Shown here piece by piece: positions 36,835 through 51,206 of a DNA stretch of 64,000 bases (position 1 is its first letter; every line of letters begins with the position of its first letter). The notes below the pieces were generated by a model, which saw only the letters and a program-made list of their open reading frames with translations, was not told the DNA's origin and did no database searches. The translations under genes and the position numbers were made by a program. This stretch comes from Octopus bimaculoides (taxonomy: Eukaryota), in the NCBI RefSeq assembly GCF_001194135.2, contig NC_068985.1:1044151-1108150 (forward strand), in the 5' to 3' direction.

Positions 36835-37230
36835 AATGGGTGTAGGCATGGCTATGAGGTAAGAAATTTGCTTCAAAACCACATGGTTCTGGGTTCAGTT
36901 CCACTGCATGGAACCTTAGGTAAGTGTCTACTATTGTCTTGGGCCAACCAAAGCCTTGTTAGTGAATTTGGTAGACAAAAACAGAAAGAATCCCATGGGG
37001 TGTGTGTGAGTGTGTACGCATGTGTGTGTGTCTTTGTATCTGTGTTTGTCCTCCTACCACTACCTTACAACCGGTGTTGGTGCATTTACATCCCCATAAC
37101 TTAAAAGTTTGATAAACAAGACCCCTAGAATAAGTCCTAGGGTTCATTTATTGAGTTAAAATTCTTGAAGGCAGTGCCCAAGCATGGTCGCAGTCTAATG
37201 ACTGAAGGAAGTAAAAGATAAAAGATAAAG
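36835..37230 (+). mobile_element. SINE family B, full length
   Basis: Head gtaggcatggctatgaggtaag, ggttcagttccactg, internal GT array, tail aaaagataaaagataaag. Confidence 0.92.
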
Positions 37231-37654
37231 GAGACCATCATAAATTAGGTCATATGCCTTTATTTGTTTCCAGAAGATTCTTTAAATGCCACTGGAAAAG
37301 AGAAACCACATTCCTTAATATTTCGCTGCATGGAGATATAGTCTTCCCTGCTTCATGAAGTTTTTCCATTTTAACTGATGTTAAATATTTGGCTCATTTG
37401 TACTTCCTAATTAGGAACTGTTAATGCATAAATTATGTGTAACATTTTTTTTACAAAGGAATTATGACATTTAAAATGGGTTTCATTTGATTAGCATTTG
37501 TATATTTACAAAGTGTATGTTGCCATTTCAACTCCATTTGCCATCTTAAAATCTGTTAAAATAATAAAAGTTATGAGAAGAAACCATGACCTTCAAAGCT
37601 GTAATTACAAATTACTTCTCAACTCAATGACCGACTAAACCAACAATCCACTAA

Positions 37655-38560
37655 TGTTTTTGGATTGCAGTTTAACTCTTACACTTTGTTGGTTCAGATG
37701 GAAGCTCTGCACTCTTCCACAGCACATTGTTTCTGGCAAAATCTTTTAAATAATGCTATTGTTTCAGGAAGATTGAAAAGACATTTAACTACTAAACATG
37801 CAAGTCATAGGAAGAAAGATTTAGAACTATTTCAAAAGACACTTGAACAAGATACAAAACAAGCAATCTATTAAAAAATTAGAAAGTACCTAACAAAGCT
37901 TAGATTACTTTTTATAAATCAACACAAACACCAACACAACGAATGAAAGTTAATACAATAGCTATCTTACTTATTTTTGCAACCTGCCATTCAATTTGAG
38001 AACAATGTCTGGGTGAAACTGAACAAGAAATTACTAAAATTCAATTTTCTATTAACATAATTTGAAAGAAAATAATTGAAATGTCTTCTAACATCAAGGA
38101 ACATGATTCTTTTGATTTAAAGGAATTGAATATTGCTTTACAATCTGAAGATACTTTCAATATTAGCAGGAGCACAACTGTTAGAATTTGTTCAATTCAT
38201 CTAATGAATTGAAATTCCGAGCCAACTTTTATAGTGTTGAAACCTTCAAAGACATACTAGAATTCAAAATATACTTGATAGCTAGACTGCCAACTTTGAA
38301 AAATTATAACTTTCATCCAAGAATGTCATATGAATTGTTGCCCAGATGACAGTTCAATCATAATAGATTTCCACAATGGTAAAAATCCAAGTATGATACT
38401 TCATTCATTACAAGCTACATAGGGAGGCTTTTATAGAAAGACTTCAGGAAAAGAATAGAAATTTTCCTTAGATCAATCTACAATAAAAGACACTTTTGGA
38501 ATTCAATGCCTTTAATACATAAATGCTTAAATAAGTTTATAGACTTGAATATTAGTACTT
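37655..38560 (+). pseudogene. Decayed hAT transposase (Buster/ZBED5-type)
   Basis: BED-finger remnant GRLKRHLTTKHA, then EMSSNIKE, ALQSEDTFNIS-GAQLLEFV (cf. ALQLDESTD..AQLL), plus traces of CTDG and HCxxH motifs. Confidence 0.75.
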
Positions 38561-39189
38561 AACTAACCAGTAAGATGAAAAGCCAAAGTTATAGAAATCA
38601 CAGTAATTTTTAATATGAAATAGCAAATAATTTTTATACCTCAGTAATAGACTTTATATATGTGAGTGACTTTGCAGAAATGAGCAATGACAAAATGAAC
38701 ATAGCTCCTGTTTTTGATATAAGAAAAATACTTGTTTATTTTCCAGTGATATAAATATTTGTGTTTCTTTTAGTCCCATGATCAAAGATAACAGAACATT
38801 ATTAACTGCTAAAGCAAAATATCTAAATCCTTTTTCTTTACCGTTTCCTTTGATTTTTACAGTAGGTGAAAGATTCTATTTCATATAATCTTAATCTTAA
38901 AATGAAACAAGAATTTTCTTGGGTAATAACTAGAAGCAGAACCAAAGAACAGTGTTCTCAGATTTAAAATTTGCTTTGCTAAGTGTTTTAAATTCATTGC
39001 CCATGAATTATTGTTCCAAGTTTGAATCTTTTGAATGGTAGTGGTGGTGGTGGCGGTGGTGTTGGTGTTGGTGGTAGAGGTGAGGTGACAATAGTAGCAG
39101 TAGCAGTGGTGGGGATGGTCATGATGATGGTGGTATGGATTGTGAGATGGTGAAAATACTTTCATCTGAGAAAGAAAAAAAATCATTTT

Positions 39190-39310
39190 GTCAAATCATC
39201 GATTTTTAATGTCCAGTTTTTCATGTTTAAGTGAATCAGATGGAATTTGCTGATGCAGATTTTCTTGAGCCGGATGCCTTTCCTGTTGCTAACCCTTACC
39301 AGTTTCAAAG
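39190..39310 (-). mobile_element. Short element sharing an RTE-like 3' tail
   Basis: Minus strand gggttagcaacaggaaaggcatccggctc...tggacattaaaaatcgatgat; a similar copy lies at 44845-44970 (+). Confidence 0.65.
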
Positions 39311-39530
39311 CAAAATAATAATTCCTTAGTTTATTAAATACTTGGACACGGCAATGTCTCTCTTGTTTATAAAGATTGTGTAACATGCCAAATCATAACA
39401 TAGTTGAATGTAAGCATACAACATGGCCTGTATTTGATAGGGAGGCCATGGTTTTGTTTACAGACATTGAACACAAAAAAGACAAGAAGAAATCAAACAC
39501 ACTCATGCACACCCACACCCCCTCCCACCC

Positions 39531-39623
<93 letters not shown>

Positions 39624-42600
39624 CAGACTTCTTCAGTTTTTGTCTACCAATTCCACTCACAACATATTGGTCGAACCACTGCTATTGTATAGAACAATCA
39701 TGGCCAAACTTTGGCCCACAAAACTTTCTGAATAACAGACCTAACAAAAAAATTACCTTGAATTTTTTTAGCAGAGCATCTTGCCTGATGACGATCCATG
39801 GTTCACGCAGTCTGCTTCATGTAAAAAAGTTTTCTATGATTGACATAGAATGTTAATTGACAACATTCATGTAGTGACGATTGAATTTCTAGCCACATGG
39901 CTCTGAACTGAAGCAAACTCGTCAACCCTAACCAAATTAGGAAATGCAAAAGAGAACTAGGAAACCATAAATTGATAGCTGTAGAGATACTTACTAAATA
40001 AACTAAAGTTTAGGCTGTAAGTCATGATACTGCAGGGTGGAAAGAGGGAGTTAATTTGGCCCTTGTGTTTGGCTGGTATTCATTTTATTGATTCTAGGAA
40101 GATTAAAGATGAATTCGGCCATAAATGGATTCAAACCCAGAATATAAAATATTTAAATGCTGTAAGGTATTTCATCCAGCATTGTACCAACTTTAGAAAC
40201 AAGAAGGAAAGGAATTCAATTGAACCCAAATGCTGTCTTTTAGTATTAATGCCATAACTGCACATATCTTATGCAGCACCAACCAAAGTTGATTATTCAA
40301 AAGATTCCCCAGTTAAATGAAAGCTACTGTCAACTGCTAGTGTCAGTCAATCAAATAAAAATAAAAAGAAGACAATCAAAATTATGAGCAAAGGAACAAT
40401 AAACTAAAACTGGAACTTTCTAGAAAATAACAAACAAGTGAAACAAAGAAACTAATCATGCGATTATTTGATTATCTACTTTGTTTTTATTTTTGTTGGT
40501 TCGTTTCATTTTTTTCTTTCAAGTTGGAATAAATCAAACACAGGAATGTTCTAAAAAATATTACAGAATTATCTGAGACAATCACAGGGAAGAAGCACCA
40601 ACCACAATACAAAATATTACCATGAAATATTTCTGTAAGCCAAGAGCAAAAAAAAATTTCTTTAAAATAACAATGAAACACAATACACAAGTAAGGTTAC
40701 ATAAAGAGACAACTGCTAATACTTGGTATTAAACAATTTAGTTTGTTATTTAGTATTTACAATAGTATGTACGTAACATTGAATACGGTAAGACTGAAGA
40801 TATCCCAAATAAACTCTGCTATTCCAGCAAAACGAAAAAAAGCAGGGTAGAGAAGTTGAATAAAACTCTGTGAGTCAAAAACGTCATAAAAAGTGCAAAA
40901 TACATTATTTTTGAAGACTAATGTTAAAACCTACAAGGTTGTCAAAGCTACTTAAAAATACATCAAAAGAACTAAGCTGAGATCTGAGTGGAGAACTGAA
41001 GAGCAAGATAATTGCCAAAACAAGGTGTACCAGTTGTCTTGAAAGATGTAAGGACCTCTTCAAACAGATTTGGTTGTTTGATTTGGACATGAAAACATTT
41101 TATTATAATATTAATATCAATTAGGTGATATCACGTGGAAGAAATGCGAACAGAAAGAAATATTTTGACATTATTTAAATATAGGAAGCAAAGCAATGTA
41201 ACACAATATAAATGTAAGGAGAAACTAGCATCAAAATCTTTAAAATCTTTATAAAACCTGTTCAGATATATCAATAGTGAGTGTGATAAATAATTTACCA
41301 CATGAACTCATATCAATGACATTTAATAATTTTATTAAAAAAATGAAAATAGAAATGAAGAAGACAAGGAGCACGGATCAATTTAATGAATTTCAAGATT
41401 ATCAATAAAAGATATAAAAAATTTTCAAAATTAAAATGTATGCTGACAACCTGTAAAGCTCTCATATTTATATTCTCTGTCCCAAGACCTGATAGTTGTA
41501 CATGAGAAGTAAAATTGATGCTGAAAGGGCCTACAGGGTTATAAAGTAAACTTACAGGTGACCTGCAGGTCATTGAAGGAGATAAAAAATAAATGTAAAA
41601 TTTAAGCCTGGCATGGATTGATTACCATAAGGCCACTGTGCCACACTTTAGGATATTGAAATAATAGGAATCAACAAAAAACTTCTTCCAGCATTGAAGT
41701 AATATATCAACTATGTCATGACAAAATGGAAGACATTCATAATATTCTAAAAAATACAAATAGCAGTAAGTCCAATCCCCAGAAGGTGAAGGATTTTTCA
41801 AATCCTATTACTTTTTTGCCTCACTTTAACACCATTAACTAATTTGCTGAACCAATCCAGCTACAGCTACAAGTGCTACAGGCAATCTATAAATCATGAG
41901 ACACACACAAAACATACTAAAACTGTGTACAAGAAATGTCAGCCAGTTGCAAAAACTGCAAATTTTACATGAATTCAGCTAACATATAAAATTGAACGTG
42001 GAATTAGAAAGAAATATCTCCAAAGTTATTTTAGAAAGTAGCAAAGCAACGAGCCAACGGAATATTGAAATAAAGTTTACTGCCCTGATCAAGGAAATAA
42101 AAGCCCAAGGACAATATTCATAATAAAGTTTCACTAATTAGAATATTTAAGGATTATGAAAATATAAAGAAAATCATTTTCTCTTCTCGTAAGGAAAATC
42201 ACTGGGATTATGATTTAACTTCACCGAGAAACAAAGATGTAGCTAAATAAACAATAGAGTGTACACACACACACATGTACACATGCATGCACATACACAT
42301 ACATACATACACTAAATTGATTCGGTAATAAACACATAAGATTCTATCTGGGATTCAGTTCCTCTCCCCAGAGATTAACTTTGTGACTGTGACCAACACT
42401 CTTTGCTCTCGATGGCCAACTCCGTTTATATTTGAATTGTTGTTATTGTAAGTCCCAGATCAACCCTAACCAAGCAGACCGTGACTAAAGGCAAGTCACT
42501 CGTGACTATTTTTAGGAATGGAGTACCCAGCTGGTTGAATGACTTTGTTGAGGTTCCATTCGGACATGTCATTGGAATAATTGCTTTCATGGTTGTTAAG

Positions 42601-42699
42601 AGGCCTTTCTGACTCTTATTTCTCTCAGATGTCCCTAATAGCCACCCATCTAAGTACTCACATTAGCTATGTGTCTCTTTTATTGTCCTCACTGGTTAT

Positions 42700-43150
42700 T
42701 CACCTTTCACGAACAGAATTGCTGTTTTTTTCCCTGTTGTTGATGTTTCTCGGGCCTTTCCTGTTCCAGGGTGTGAGTGAGTGTTGCAAGCACCTTGTTA
42801 TGGCAACACTATATACCTCCCTTGAGTAAGTGCTGTTTTGCACCCTGACAAGATGTGTGCCAGTCCACCCCTTTCTCCACAAAAACCTACACAGTTGGTC
42901 TCCCTTCAAACTCCATCTGTGTAGGTTCGTTGGTGTTGTGAGTGTATCATACACCACTCACAGCAGGAAAGAGATACAAAAGGTTCCAGTCTCCACAGGT
43001 CTGTCCACGTGACCTTCCTCTTAGGGTGATCCCATTTAGTCCATGTACTCCAAGATAACCAGCTCCACTGCTCTTGACTGTTTTCTTCTTCTTGTTTCTG
43101 CACTTCTGCTTGGATCAGGACTCTCCTCACCTTGATATCCACCTTTTGCC
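42700..43150 (-). mobile_element. HERO/R2-group non-LTR element fragment (post-RT region with CCHC zinc knuckle)
   Basis: WTKWDHPKRKVTWTDLWRLEPF...VYDTLTTPTNLHRWSLKGDQLCRFCGER..AHILSGCKTALTQGRY..HNKVL, read across frameshifts. Confidence 0.85.
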
Positions 43151-43887
43151 ATTGTTGAAAATGGAAAGAACCAAGACCCTGCCAACCCCTACATGGAACC
43201 CCAATGTTTTAAATTAAATAAGGATACTAAGAGGTATGATAGTATAGTATGTCTTGTGTCTCCTAAAGTAAAGGTATGTCTTTGTTACTTTGGAATATGA
43301 TAAAGAATTCAAGACATCTTAGTATCGTTATTAAATTTAAAACATTGCAATTACATGTTTGTCCTCTCACAGAGATTTAAAGAAGATTTTGAATAGAAAA
43401 ATATGCAAATGTTGTTCAGTGTTGCTATGGATAAGGAATTAAATGGAAGACTGGGTGAATGAGGGTATCAATGATGATGATAATGATAATGATGGGGATG
43501 ATGATTATGATTATAGTCATGGTGGTGTTGGTGTAGATGATGATGATGATGATGATGCTGATGTGGGGGAGGATAATGATTTTCACCGTAATGGTATTGA
43601 TGATGATGATGATGGTGATGGTGATGGTCCCTTCCACAATCCTGTCTAATGACCAAACTGACATTTCCAATGTAATATTTAACCGTAATATGACCATTTC
43701 CTTATTTTCACCTAACGAATGTCAACCCTGGCATAAAGAATGGCTCTACTATGTCCTCCTGCAAAAAGGACACTCACATTATTAGCTAATTTGCATAAAA
43801 GCTTCAAATGATATATTATTCAATGCTTTCAAAGAATGCACATATAAAAAAAAAATGGAAAGATAAATTAACATATATAAGGTATGC

Positions 43888-43927
<40 letters not shown>

Positions 43928-43929
<2 letters not shown>

Positions 43930-44190
43930 TCATCATCATCATCGTTTAACGTCCGTTTTCCATGCTGGCATGGGTTGGACGGTTCAACTGGGTCTGCGAA
44001 ACCAGGAGGCTGCACCAGGCTCTAGTCTGATCTGGCAGAGTTTCTACAACTGGATGCCCCTCCTCACACCACCTACTCCAAGAGTGTAGTGGGTGCTTTT
44101 TACATGCTACTGGCATAAGGGCCAGAGGGGGCTCGCATCGACCATGCTTGGATGGTGCATTTACGTGCCACTGGCATGGGAGCCTGTCAA
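43928..44190 (-). mobile_element. RTE LINE 3'UTR/tail
   Basis: catcatcgtttaacgtccgttttccatgctggcatgggttggacgg...gtgccactggcatgggagcc. Confidence 0.9.
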
Positions 44191-46889
44191 GGCGGTGCTC
44201 ACATATATATATATATATATTAATATATACTATAGTTCTACTAATATATACTCCAGTTCATGTGGAATGAGCAAGCAACATCACAAATTGGAGAAGAAAC
44301 AACAGAACACCTTTGCTATGAACAGCAGAATGGGAAAAGTTTAGCTATTTGAGAAAAATAAAGGATTTGGTTAAAAATTCTGAGAACTTTATCTTATACA
44401 AGAGGCATCAGGAGGAGGCCAGAGAGTACAACACAAGAGACATTGTAATTGTAACAACCGAGATGAAAACACTAGTTTGAATGTATCAGTGACTATAATA
44501 AAGAATGGGAAAAGTTTGGATAAGTTTGTAGGAAGAGAAGAGGAAATGATTAAGAGTAAACACCTTTTACAAAGCTTGGAAATTGAGTAGAGTGTACCTT
44601 GCTGAAGAGGTCTAATTATATTGAAATATGTCTAAAGTTGTTACTATAGCTGTTAAATATCAGACTCGCATTACCTTGAATATCACCATTTAATTTATAG
44701 TTGACTAAAATTGCAGTAGTTCTCTCAGCTTCCCTCTTTTGATAATAATTTCTGTTACCTCTCATGACTTTATTCCTCATTACAATTATACTTATATAAT
44801 TTCAATTGATTAGAACTTACATTTGGCTCACCACTTCACCTTGCATGGAAACAGGTGAGGGTTGGTGACAGGAAGGGCATCTAGCTGTCGAAAATCTACC
44901 TCAATAAACGCTGTCCAACACCTGAAAGCATTAAAAAAATTATGTTTATTATGATGATGATGATGAGAAATGTTCATTAGTTCTATAGAAAATGTTTGCA
45001 TCATGTAAAAATACCCTTGACAAGAAATTCAATGAATCACTTAAGTCCCACACAGACTTCATGTGTTTGCATAATAATATCATTGTTAGTATTAAGTTTT
45101 ATAATTGTCTGAACTATAAGCCATATCTGTTTTATTTCAGGATATACCTATGTTTCATGACTGGACATTTAGATATTGAATCAACATTTCTGGAAAGTTT
45201 GGAGACTGGTCAGCTTTACAGAACCTAAAGTGTTTGACTATAAACACCTTACAGCATTTAATTTTGACCTTCTCTATTCTGAGTTTATAGATTGTCTTTC
45301 ATCTCTCTGAAGTGAAGGAAACAAGTAGCAATATTATATGGAAGATTATTTCAGTTGATTGTAGCTCTGAGTTGCTAGAATTTTGCTGAATGTAAACAGA
45401 TCAATAACTTTGATATTTGGTTCATTATGGTTGGTTTATATAGTTTTACACCGAAAACTATTGAATAAAAGTGGAACACAAGTAAACTGAAAGGGGGGGG
45501 GGCACTGGACACCAAGAATTGGTTGGCTTGGAAAGGACTTGGTATTAATTTATGAATAATCCCACATATCAGGAAAAATGAAATTAAGCAAACTAAAGCT
45601 GATTTGAGTGAAACATAGTTCTACTCTTGGTGGAGAATGGAATGGTTATTTGATGTTTCTCTCAGCCACAAAATTAACCATCTCTGATGTGGTCTGAAAT
45701 TACAATGTATTCAATAATTCCTGAATACTACTTTGTGGTGCCCCAGCATGGCCACAGTCAAATCACTGAAACAAGTAAAAAGAAAAGAAAAAAGAAAAAA
45801 AAGAAAAGAAAAAGAATGTTGCCTTCATTCCTCTTATTTTCATTACACAACAAAACTATGTTGTTATTGTATTTGAAAATGGTTCTGGTAAAGTTTTGGA
45901 CTTCCCATGTAATACATGCTTAGCAACGCCATCCCTGTATTCCTGTGAGGACTTTTTTTTATCCACAGTTTGAACTCATGGAGAAGAAATGACTTATTCT
46001 TTAGCACAGTATAAAGGCAATGCTAATGGAAAGTGTTAACCACCTGAAATGACCAGAAAAAGCATCTAAAAAGCATCTAAGAATTGCAATAGTCAGATTT
46101 TATAATGGTAACCTCACAGATGAGAGAAGAAAAGAAAGAAAGGAATGATTAATTGCAGTGTTGCAGATCTTTCCAACCCATGCTTGCTGAAATGGTGCTG
46201 AAAAGGGTAACGATTCTTAGTGTTTGAATATTACTACAACATTTCTGTGTTAATCACTTTCAATACTGAATAAACCTGTTTAGCTGTCTACATTAATTAT
46301 AAAAACATCTTAAAACAGATTTTGTGAAATATTATATAAGATGTTGTATAGACTTTACATAAAATGTGACAAATTCAATTACAGAAAACATTGACGGAAA
46401 AGTGTCATAGAAAATAGTTTGGTTATATAATATACAAACTCACCTGAGTAAATTTTAAAATATTTCAATATAATTCATGAATATTGTATGAAGCACATTA
46501 CTTGAAAGGTAGACACAGTTATTCATATAAGTTCTTTAAATTTCCTTTTTTTTTACTGGTTTTAGTCATTTCACAGTAATCATGCTGGAGCTCAGCTTTT
46601 AAAAGTTTTACAATGACAACAACACCATTACTTTAAATTGTACTCGTTTTATCAATGTAGTTCGATGAAATAGCAACACTGACCTCAGCATAAAGCAACA
46701 TAGTTAGCATGAAGGCAAACACCACAAGGTATTTTTCTTCTTTTATCTCTTGTCCTTCTTCCTCTGAAAAATAGTAAAATATGGCCATGACCCAGTTTCA
46801 ATTCTCAGTTATGCACCTCCCTTTTAAGTTGCTTAAAAGGCGTTTTGAAAAGACATAAATGTCAGAAATTGTAGTTCACTTCCCTAGAA

Positions 46890-47277
46890 ATGTGTTGTGG
46901 ATTAATTATTCATTTAGTGGGGGGCATTGTTGATCATGAATTACTTTGTATTGGCAAGGAAATTACTGAAGAGATCAAATGGGAGAAGAATTATCTATTT
47001 TTGAGCAGATATAAAAATGGGATCCATTTGTTTCATGTTATTGAGTTGAAATTGAATTCCCAAAATTTCACATATGTCACAAAGGAAAGAGATAGTGGAA
47101 TATGAAGCTGATATTAAACATTTCAGAGTGGAATTTTGAAACAATCAGATATGTGTACATTATATTGATTTCTTCTTGCATGGTGAAGTAAAAGAGATGA
47201 AGGGATTTCAATTTGAAGTTGACTATGTTCCAGTGAGTAAACCAAGAATTTACAGCTGCTACATTATGGCACCATAA
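46890..47277 (+). pseudogene. Decayed intronless ORF of unknown family (~130 codons, one frameshift, one stop)
   Basis: CCGLIIHLVGGIVDHELLC...YLFLSRYKNG... then, in the +1 frame, VEYEADIKHFRVEF*NNQICVHYIDFFLHGEVKEMKGFQFEVDYVPVSKPRIYSCYIMAP*. Confidence 0.4.
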
Positions 47278-47795
47278 TAAATAGAAATTCTTTCAAAAAC
47301 AATTCCAAGTTAATATGAAAATTCAAAATATGGTTATGCAATGTCCAAGCAATTCATGGCGAGTTTCATGATAAAAATATAGTGAAAAAGACACAATCGC
47401 TGTAATAATGCTTTCTTTTACACACAGTAAGAAACTTGAATATTTTCAGAAAATATAGTCACAGGATATTGACTTTATTTACCTTTTTAAAGAGTATTTT
47501 TATTTGATTATTGAACTGCGAACAGTTTTTCAGTTCTCATTAGGAAATGGGAACCAACAAGATGACATAGTCTGGCTTTACCTTTTGTTTTAAAATTCTT
47601 ACGAAAACGATCATCCTAATAACAATAGAAGTTTGCTTTAGTTTAGAATTAATGTCATTATAAAAAGAAATGACTGTAAAAAATTGGAATGGGAAACAAT
47701 AGAACTGATATACTGTCACACAGTAAAACTTCCAAGATTTGATTGTGAGATTTAAAACAAATTTTATAACTAAAAAAAAAGTTTAAGTTATAAAT

Positions 47796-48790
47796 ACAAA
47801 CAGATGTGATCACTCTCTTATTAACACAAACAGATTTGATCACTCTTTTATTAACATAAACAGATGTGATCACTCTCTTATTAACACAAACAGATGTGAT
47901 CGCTCTTTTATTAACACAAACAGATGTGATCACTCTCTTATTAACACAAACAGATTTGATCACTCTCTTATTAACACAAACAGATGTGATCACTCTTTTA
48001 TTAACATAAACTGAAATGATAACTCTCTTATTAACACAAACAGATGTGATCACTCTTTTATTAACATAAACTGAAATGATCACTCTCTTATTAACACAAA
48101 CAGATGTGATCACTCTTTTATTAACATAAACTGAAATGATCACTCTCTTATTAACACAAACAGATGTGATTACTCTTTTATTAACATAAACTGAAATGAT
48201 CACTCTCTTATTAACACAAACAGATGTGATTACTCTTTTATTAACATAAACTGAAATGATCACTCTTTTATTAACACAAACAGATGTGATCACTCTTTTA
48301 TTAACATAAACTGAAATGATCGCTCTTTTATTAACACAAACAGATTNNNNNNNNNNNNNNNNNNNNNNNNNNNNNNNCACAAACAGATGTGATCACTCTC
48401 TTATTAACACAAACAGATTTGATCACTCTCTTATTAACACAAACAGATGTGATCACTCTTTTATTAACATAAACTGAAATGATAACTCTCTTATTAACAC
48501 AAACAGATGTGATCACTCTTTTATTAACATAAACTGAAATGATCACTCTCTTATTAACACAAACAGATGTGATCACTCTTTTATTAACATAAACTGAAAT
48601 GATCACTCTCTTATTAACACAAACAGATGTGATTACTCTTTTATTAACATAAACTGAAATGATCACTCTTTTATTAACACAAACAGATGTGATCACTCTT
48701 TTATTAACATAAACTGAAATGATCGCTCTTTTATTAACACAAACAGATTTGATTACTCTTTTATTAACACAAACAAATGCGATCACTCAT
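47796..48790. repeat. 30 bp minisatellite (~33 units) with 60 bp alternating higher-order structure
   Basis: Units acaaacagatgtgatcactcttttattaac and ataaactgaaatgatcactctcttattaac alternate; 31-N gap at 48347-48377. Confidence 0.97.
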
Positions 48791-48959
48791 TTTGTTAAAA
48801 TAAAAAGTAAAAAGTCTTTTTGTAAGCTTTTGAATAAAAACAACAATCAATAGAAGTAACATGAAATGTGAATGGTACAAACATTTCTTTAGCGCGATAT
48901 AAGATAAAAAGTGCAAGACTTGTAATTTTGGTAATTTCCTCTATAGATATCTTGAATCT

Positions 48960-49795
48960 TCATGAAGGCACTGTCTGTTAGTCCTATCCTGGTACTGATT
49001 TTCATGAAATCTGCCTTTTTTTCATCAGTGATCCTCAGCTTCTCATCTTGTCTGTTTAAATCCTTGTCTATTTCCCATCTCCAATGAGAATTCTCATCAA
49101 TAATGTCTTCCCACTTTTTCTCATTCGTATAAAAAAGATTTCAAGTCACTCTTTCAAACATCTTTGAAATGAAGATTGGCATCGTTCTTGCATCCTTTTT
49201 GCTAAAGGGCAGTTCACCATTTTGCAGGGATCCTCATATCTGACATGCAATATACATGACCCACCAGCATAGTTGTTTTGCAATAGGTCAAAGGGGTTGA
49301 GTGTTTGCATGCCAGCTACGACCTCATTCTAGGTGATCTGATCCTCTTGATGCCCAGAATTTGTCCCAGGCTGCGTTGGTGGAAGGTATTGAGATGCTAC
49401 TCCTGGGTGGAGTTGTTACTCCAGCTCTCACTACAATAAAGCAGTGTACCAAGGATGCAAGCTCTGTAGACAGCATCCTTGCTGTGTGCCATTAGTTGAC
49501 TCTTCTCACTGGCACTTGTTGTCAATCCAGCTAGTTGAGCCAGCTTTTCTAATACATTTATCTCAGATTCCACAGAATGGTTATCCATGATGGTGGCCCC
49601 ATGGTAATGTAATCTCTTGGACTGCTCTAACTCAGTCATTAATGTCGACAATGAGGAAGTATTCAAGACATTGGTACAGCATTTTTGTCTTCTTCAGACT
49701 GATGGTCAAGTTGAAGTTTTGACAGATTCTTGTGAGGCTGTTCTTGAGGTGCTGCCCATGTTGCAGCATCTGCAAATAGCATGCCTTTGATGAGT
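48960..49795 (-). mobile_element. RTE-BovB-type LINE, RT C-terminal fragment
   Basis: MLFADAA, LTISLKKTK, VYRACILGTLLYCSESW, then FKDV-KSDLK and WED motifs; decayed. Confidence 0.88.
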
Positions 49796-51206
49796 GTTTT
49801 GTGTACTTCAGATTTTTCCCTCATGTGCAAACTTACAAGACACAGCCAAATAAGTTAACTCTTAGTATTAACAGAGATTTCTCACTGATACTACTTTGGT
49901 AAATCGGTTCCATTGTGGGACAAATTATTCTGCTATTTCACAGGATCTTTTTGTCTAACTCTCATCGTGTCAGATAGAATTTTTTCCCATTCTTTTAAAA
50001 TATACCCCTGTAGTAATTCCTCAGAATTAAATTTCAGATGGAATCCAAAATCAATGAAATATGTTTTTTATGACTGTATTATGCAAATTGAACCTTTATT
50101 AGCTTATGGAATGAACACAAATTTCTATTATATTTTGCTTTGAAATCATAGATTTAGTTTTTCTTAGCTTCTAGGACTCTTCCTTAGTCACTATTAACAA
50201 TATTAAAAATCTTTAAAAGAGCTCTATATATATTTCCTAAGGGCTGCAGTCTTTTAAAATTTTGAAATTTCATTGTACTTCATCTGTATTTTAACAGTTC
50301 CAGAAGATTTGGAATTGACATCAATCATGGTGAGATATGAACTTAGAGAGTAGAGAAATATGTAACTAAACTGCAGAAGGCATTTCCGTCACATCCACCT
50401 TTATAATAGCCAAAACCTAATGTAGACAACAGTAAACATAAGAAAGTAAGAATCTAAAAAGAAAATATTTCTCTTTTGAGGTATATTTAAATCTTTTAAA
50501 ATAAGGAACTAACTCTATCAAGATTCCTTAAAAGACACTCCTATCTGGAAATGAAAGGACATTTTCTATAAAGAGTTGCAAGATACTCTTTAAATCAGAT
50601 AAATGCAAATGTTTGGGGTTTTGTTATGATTTTAAATATCTAGTTTCTTCCCCTTTCTACTTTCCAAGCAAGCTTTTACCTATTTTCTTTAATGCTATCA
50701 ACAATCTGAAAATTTTGCTATTTGCCTCACTGAGGATATCACTTATTTCCTAAGATTCCAGAATTATAGATCAATAACTTATTTATTCACAGAATAGAAA
50801 AATGCTAACATCCATCATAGCTAACCAAACATAATCAATTCTTATCATCCATCTAAACAAAATGTATGTGAAAGAGGATCATATTGATACAATGATGCAA
50901 TCTTTATTCACAAAAATCTCTTTAAGATATTGTAAATTCAAACCCTGTGATCTCGGAATTGGTTGGATTGACGATAAAGAAATAATCAACATGTCTCTCA
51001 CAAATCGACAGTAAAATTCTTTGACACATACTCACAAACCACTCGCTGATTTAATAACATAAACCGGTATGAAAGGATTGCTCTGTAGATAGTTATATTA
51101 CAATAATGGATGCAAGGTAATATCTCAACTGCTACTGGATCACTCGAAATTTCATTTACATTCATGAGTAGAATGAGTCAAGTAAGTCAGACTAGTGGAA
51201 GCTTAC

